A stretch of DNA of 57,165 nucleotides from an uncultured bacterium. Its GTDB lineage: Bacteria; Gemmatimonadota; Gemmatimonadetes; Gemmatimonadales; Gemmatimonadaceae. The notes beneath the pieces are model-generated. The model ran no database searches, was not told the origin of the DNA, and saw only the letters and a program-made list of their open reading frames with translations. Position 1 is the first letter of the stretch. The number at the start of each line of letters is the position of its first letter. Location: the NCBI GenBank assembly GCA_963978095.1, contig CAXBQP010000011.1, positions 1 through 57,165 on the forward strand, given 5' to 3'. Positions 53,271 through 57,165 of this stretch are shown here, in pieces. A program made the position numbers and the translations under genes.

Positions 53271-53438
53271 TCAGCGTTCAGTCGTGCCCTGTTCACACCC
53301 GCAGGCGCCCGGGGCGCACGCGTGTCCGGGACGCGTCGCACGCGCGCTCCGCACGTGGCGCCAGAGTCGCCGCGCGACGTACCACGCCGCGCTGGCGACC
53401 GCCGCAACCACCAGCGCGCGGTCCGTCCACTCTGGCAT
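53271..53438 (-). CDS. FeoB-associated Cys-rich small membrane protein
   Basis: MPEWTDRALVVAAVASAAWYVARRLW...CAPGACGC; ATG overlaps the feoB stop (TGATG). Confidence 0.75.
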   Translation of the reverse strand: MPEWTDRALVVAAVASAAWYVARRLWRHVRSARATRPGHACAPGACGCEQGTTER

Positions 53439-55378
53439 CAGCCCCCTCCGACGCCGAGTGCGAGCGCTGCGCGATATACCACGAACGCGCTTCCCCACGC
53501 GAGCAGAAGCATGTAGCCGAACTGCAGCCCCGCCCAGCGCGCGCCCTGCCAGCCGCCACCGGTCTCGCGCACCGTGACGGCGATGGTGCTGGTGCACATG
53601 AGCGCGAACACGTAGAACGCGAGCAAGCCGAAGGCCGCGGCGCGTGTGTACTCCGGGCGGCCGGACGTCGCGGACTTCGCATCGCGGAGACGCGAGGCGA
53701 GTTCGGTGCGCACGGTTTCGTGCTGCGGGACGCCGTACATCGTGGCCATCGTCGACACGAACACCTCGCGCGCGGCGAAGGACGCGACCATCGCCACACC
53801 GATCTTCCAGTCGAGTCCGAGGGGGCGCACGGCCGGTTCCACCGCGCGCCCAACCCGACCGAGCGCCGACTGTGCGAGCTGAATTTCCTGCTGCGTGGTG
53901 CCGGAACTGTCGGCCGTGGCGCCGCTGCCGGCGGCACGCGGGTAGTGCCCCATGGCCCAGAGCAGGACCGAGATGGCGAAGATCACGGTGCCGGCGCGCT
54001 GCAGGAACACCGCGACGCGCTGCCACACCGTCGAGAGCAGCACGCGCGCCGTGGGCATGGCATAGGGCGGCATCTCGATGATCAGCGCGCGGGTCTCGGA
54101 CCGCAGAAGCGTACGACGGAAGACGGCCGCCGCCGCGAGCGCAGCGACGGTGCCGAGCAGGTACATCGCCAGTAGTGCGAGCCCCTGAAGGGTGAGCACA
54201 TGCCCGACGCTGACGGCTGGCACGAAAGCGGCAATGAGGAGCGCGTACACCGGCAATCGCGCCGAACAGCTCATGAGCGGCACCACCATGATCGTGGCGA
54301 GCCGCTCCTTGGTCTGGGGAATGGTGCGCGTCGCGAGGATCGCCGGAACGGCACAGGCGTAGCCGGAGAGCAGTGGAATGAAGCTCTTGCCCTGCAAACC
54401 CAGCGGGCGCATGAAGCGGTCCATCACGAAAGCCGCGCGCGAGAGATAGCCGCTGTCCTCGAGTGCACCGATGAACAGGAACAGCAACGCGATCTGCGGG
54501 ACGAAGACGATCACGCTGCCGACGCCACCGAGCACGCCGTCGATTAGCAAACTCTGGAAATCCCCAGCGGGAAGCCAGCCCCGCAGGATCTCGGAGAGCG
54601 AACCGAGCGCCGACTGCAGCAGCGATGCCACCGGAGTGGCGACCATGAAGAGGGCTTGGAACGCCACCGCCATGACCGCCAGGAAGATCAGCGGCCCCCA
54701 GACGCGGTGCAGCAGCACGGCGTCCACGCGATCGCTGGGGCGCGCGCCACGTCCGCTGGTGCGCGACACGGTGCGCGCCATCACCGCGGCGATCCACTCG
54801 TAGCGGCGCTCGGCGCGGTCGCCCTCGGCGATGGTCCCGGGCTCACGCAGTGGGGACGGCGGCACGTCCAGCGCCCGCGCGATGCAGTGGCGGACCCGCT
54901 CGACCCCTTCCTGCGTGGAGGCGACGGTCGGCACGACGATCGCCCCGAGCGCGTGGATGAGCTCCACGACGTCGACCTTCATGCCGGCGGCCGGGAGCCG
55001 ATCGATGCGGTTGAGCACCACCACGGTAGGCCGGCCGAGCTCGAGCACTTCGGTCGCGAGATACAAGTTGCGCTCGAGATTCTCGGCGTCGAGCACCACC
55101 ACGAAGACATCCACTGGCTCCACCCCGACGGCGCGGTCATGCACCACGTCGTAGGTGATCACCTCATCCGGCGCGTCAGGGGATAGGCTGTAGGTGCCGG
55201 GGAGGTCGAGGATGCAGACCGTGGTGCCGTCGTGGACGTAGGTCCCCTCGACCCGCTCGACGGTGACACCAGGGAAGTTGGCGACCTTCTGTCGACGCCC
55301 AGTGAGGGCGTTGAACAGGGTGCTCTTGCCGCAGTTGGGGTTTCCGATCAGCGCGACGCGGAGCGTCGGCCGGGTCAT
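53438..55378 (-). CDS. feoB: Ferrous iron transporter B
   Basis: GNPNCGKS, NFPGVTVE, DLPGTYSL, LEDSGY, MSCSARLPVY, AREVFV. Confidence 0.96.
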   Translation of the reverse strand: MTRPTLRVALIGNPNCGKSTLFNALTGRRQKVANFPGVTVERVEGTYVHDGTTVCILDLPGTYSLSPDAPDEVITYDVVHDRAVGVEPVDVFVVVLDAENLERNLYLATEVLELGRPTVVVLNRIDRLPAAGMKVDVVELIHALGAIVVPTVASTQEGVERVRHCIARALDVPPSPLREPGTIAEGDRAERRYEWIAAVMARTVSRTSGRGARPSDRVDAVLLHRVWGPLIFLAVMAVAFQALFMVATPVASLLQSALGSLSEILRGWLPAGDFQSLLIDGVLGGVGSVIVFVPQIALLFLFIGALEDSGYLSRAAFVMDRFMRPLGLQGKSFIPLLSGYACAVPAILATRTIPQTKERLATIMVVPLMSCSARLPVYALLIAAFVPAVSVGHVLTLQGLALLAMYLLGTVAALAAAAVFRRTLLRSETRALIIEMPPYAMPTARVLLSTVWQRVAVFLQRAGTVIFAISVLLWAMGHYPRAAGSGATADSSGTTQQEIQLAQSALGRVGRAVEPAVRPLGLDWKIGVAMVASFAAREVFVSTMATMYGVPQHETVRTELASRLRDAKSATSGRPEYTRAAAFGLLAFYVFALMCTSTIAVTVRETGGGWQGARWAGLQFGYMLLLAWGSAFVVYRAALALGVGGG

Positions 55379-55626
55379 GCGGCGTTCGGATCCACCACGA
55401 TCGCGCCGGCCATGGTGGCGTCGAGTGCGAGTCGCGACCCGCACACATCGAGCAACACCCCGTTCCGGCGATCCACAATCCCGACCTTCGCGCCCTCGTA
55501 CACGCCGAGGGTGCGGAGGCGCATGGCATCGGCCTTGGCGCACTGGAGCTGACGCACCGTGGCACGTTCACCAGCCAAGCAGGCGTCGAGCGTGCAGGAG
55601 GGGGCGCAGAGTTGCACGTCCGACAT
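55375..55626 (-). CDS. feoA: Ferrous iron transport protein A
   Basis: RLRTLGVYEGAKV...GSRLALD FeoA SH3-like pattern; overlaps the feoB start; alternative start GTG 55695. Confidence 0.85.
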   Translation of the reverse strand: MSDVQLCAPSCTLDACLAGERATVRQLQCAKADAMRLRTLGVYEGAKVGIVDRRNGVLLDVCGSRLALDATMAGAIVVDPNAA

Positions 55627-55751
55627 GGCGCGCGACGGCGTCACGGCAGCGGACCTCTTTGCCCTCCAGCTCTTCCAGACTCGCAGCAGGTTCACGATGC
55701 TCGAATGATCACGGGTCCGTCAGTCGTGCGATGCCTACGTCAGCAGTCGGT

Positions 55752-55766
55752 TGAGAACGAATCTCA
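55752..55766. promoter_or_regulatory. Fur-box-like 7-1-7 inverted repeat upstream of feoA
   Basis: TGAGAAC-G-AATCTCA, close to TGA(T/G)AAT-N-ATT(A/C)TCA. Confidence 0.6.
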
Positions 55767-55874
55767 GCGCTGCACAGGGGTAACGTAGTCACCGGTTGCG
55801 CGACTTCGCGACAGGGTTTCCCTGACAAAGGGAAATAAACTACTCTGGAATGTAATTCACGGGCACCGCAATGT

Positions 55875-55923
55875 GCTCCCCCCTCCCCCTGCCGCGGCCT
55901 GTGACGCGACGGGGCGGGGGAGC
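55875..55923 (-). terminator. GC-rich hairpin after the 55930 gene
   Basis: GCTCCCCC...GGGGGAGC inverted repeat directly after the stop codon. Confidence 0.45.
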
Positions 55924-55929
55924 TGGGGG

Positions 55930-57159
55930 CTAAAAGTGCGCGGAGACCCCCAGGGCGAACCACCAGCCGTTGAGCGCCGACGCGGTGGTTCCGCCGCTGG
56001 TCGTGGTCACGGTCCGGCCCCGTCGCTGCACCACGACCGTCTTGGTCGAGGTCAGCCCGTAGCTGGTTGAGGCGTTCCCGATCGTGTAGCCCAACTCCGG
56101 GGTGAGTTCGAAGGCGGACGATGCCGGGATGTCGGCATTGATCGCAAAGTTCGCCGCCCAACCGGAGGAGGAGGTCGCGAGCGCGGTCGCCCCGCTCTTG
56201 GCGTTGGCCGACGCGGCGGTGGACTGGAACTGGACGCTCGGTCCCCACGTGGCGTTGCCGACCGGGAAGCTCAGGGCACCGCTCAGGCCGAAGCTGTTCC
56301 CCAGCGGCAGCAGGCGATTCGGCTGGTCGGCGCGGGTGGCACCGAACGGCGACGTGTACCACGCGGTGAAGGCGCTGTCCCAGTCATCGCCGGTGGAATC
56401 GGAGGGATTGTCGATGGGCAGCCGCAACTCCAGTCGGAGGGTGGTCTCACCGCCGCCGGGGTACAGATTCTTGCCGCCGAGGGAATCGGCGCTGCTCGAC
56501 GAAATATCCACCATCGCGGCGAGCTGCCCTTTGCCGATGTTCCCATACAGCGTGGACCCTACGGCCCAGGTCGTGCCGCGCCAGTAGACCTCTTGGGTGG
56601 CCGCGGGCTGGCTTTCCGTCTCGAGCGCCCCGCGAAGATTGAGCACCAGCTTGCCGATGGGATACGAGAAGACCGCGCGTCCGCCGAACATTGACGGGGC
56701 GCCGAGGCTGTTGGCTTGAACGTCGACCAACGAACCACCGGCCACGCCGATTGCGTTGACCTGCAGCGAGTCCAGTGTCGCGGGGTGGCTTCCGCTCCGT
56801 CCGTATACCATAAGCGAGTCGCCGGGCCGCAGCGTGTAGTCGAAGCGCACATTGGCGTTGCCGGTTCCCGAGATGGTGCGCCCGAGTGCTCCATACTGCA
56901 GCGACGAGCCGTCGACACCGAGTCCCCACTGCGGGGTACGGTACTCGAACGAGGCATTGCCGGTCTGCTCGCTGACCTTGGAGCCGCCGATGGTATAGCC
57001 GCGCGTGCCGTACTGGAAGGAGACGTTCGTTTTCGGGCCGGCCGGCGGAACGTTGGCTTTGGCGGTGGAATCCTGCGCCGACAATGCGTGCCACGGAACG
57101 ACAATCGCCGCGACCCAAAGGGCCGCGACGATCGTCCCTGCTCCGGAGCGGGCCAGCAC
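55930..57159 (-). CDS. Hypothetical outer-membrane beta-barrel protein (start may lie at the window edge)
   Basis: Signal peptide (ALSA-Q), amphipathic beta strands, C-terminal LGVSAHF ending in Phe. Confidence 0.7.
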   Translation of the reverse strand: MLARSGAGTIVAALWVAAIVVPWHALSAQDSTAKANVPPAGPKTNVSFQYGTRGYTIGGSKVSEQTGNASFEYRTPQWGLGVDGSSLQYGALGRTISGTGNANVRFDYTLRPGDSLMVYGRSGSHPATLDSLQVNAIGVAGGSLVDVQANSLGAPSMFGGRAVFSYPIGKLVLNLRGALETESQPAATQEVYWRGTTWAVGSTLYGNIGKGQLAAMVDISSSSADSLGGKNLYPGGGETTLRLELRLPIDNPSDSTGDDWDSAFTAWYTSPFGATRADQPNRLLPLGNSFGLSGALSFPVGNATWGPSVQFQSTAASANAKSGATALATSSSGWAANFAINADIPASSAFELTPELGYTIGNASTSYGLTSTKTVVVQRRGRTVTTTSGGTTASALNGWWFALGVSAHF

Positions 57160-57165
57160 GCCGAG

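Noticed and set aside
55627..55929. Metal riboswitch (NiCo or yybP-ykoY) upstream of feoA
   Set aside because: Only a short TTTCCCT/AGGGAAA hairpin, which lies upstream of the probable promoter. No consensus elements were recognised; an Infernal/Rfam scan would be decisive.

Overview
A 57-kb, high-GC, gene-dense bacterial chromosome fragment. The diderm envelope genes, gene order and protein style suggest Gemmatimonadota, but this is an inference and was not searched. Bases 1-56 are an Illumina TruSeq/P5 adapter fused to a truncated purE. Most of the window is core genome: uvrA, pckA, maeB, nfo, envC-ftsX-ftsE, a WaaF-like GT9, lepA, mfd-PPIase-surA-pdxA, typA, tRNA-Asn and tRNA-Ile. Metal-homeostasis genes are dense: a Zn/Mn ABC importer with an outer-membrane partner, a CDF exporter, a CorC/CNNM protein, feoAB with a Fur-like box, and a His/Met-rich barrel. 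The best candidates for poorly described systems are: (1) a His-rich, CxxC + C-terminal RAPP (DUF2946/CutF/CruR-like) upstream ORF whose stop codon lies in an RNA stem, in front of a zinc-type uptake operon; (2) a STAS-HATPase plus STAS-winged-helix pair, translationally coupled between two sugar kinases and ftsEX-envC; (3) a recurring -10-like hexamer 6-9 nt before start codons, suggesting frequent leaderless mRNAs; (4) a lipoprotein with three repeats carrying a CGxQGGCG loop. No CRISPR array, rRNA, integrase or transposase was seen.
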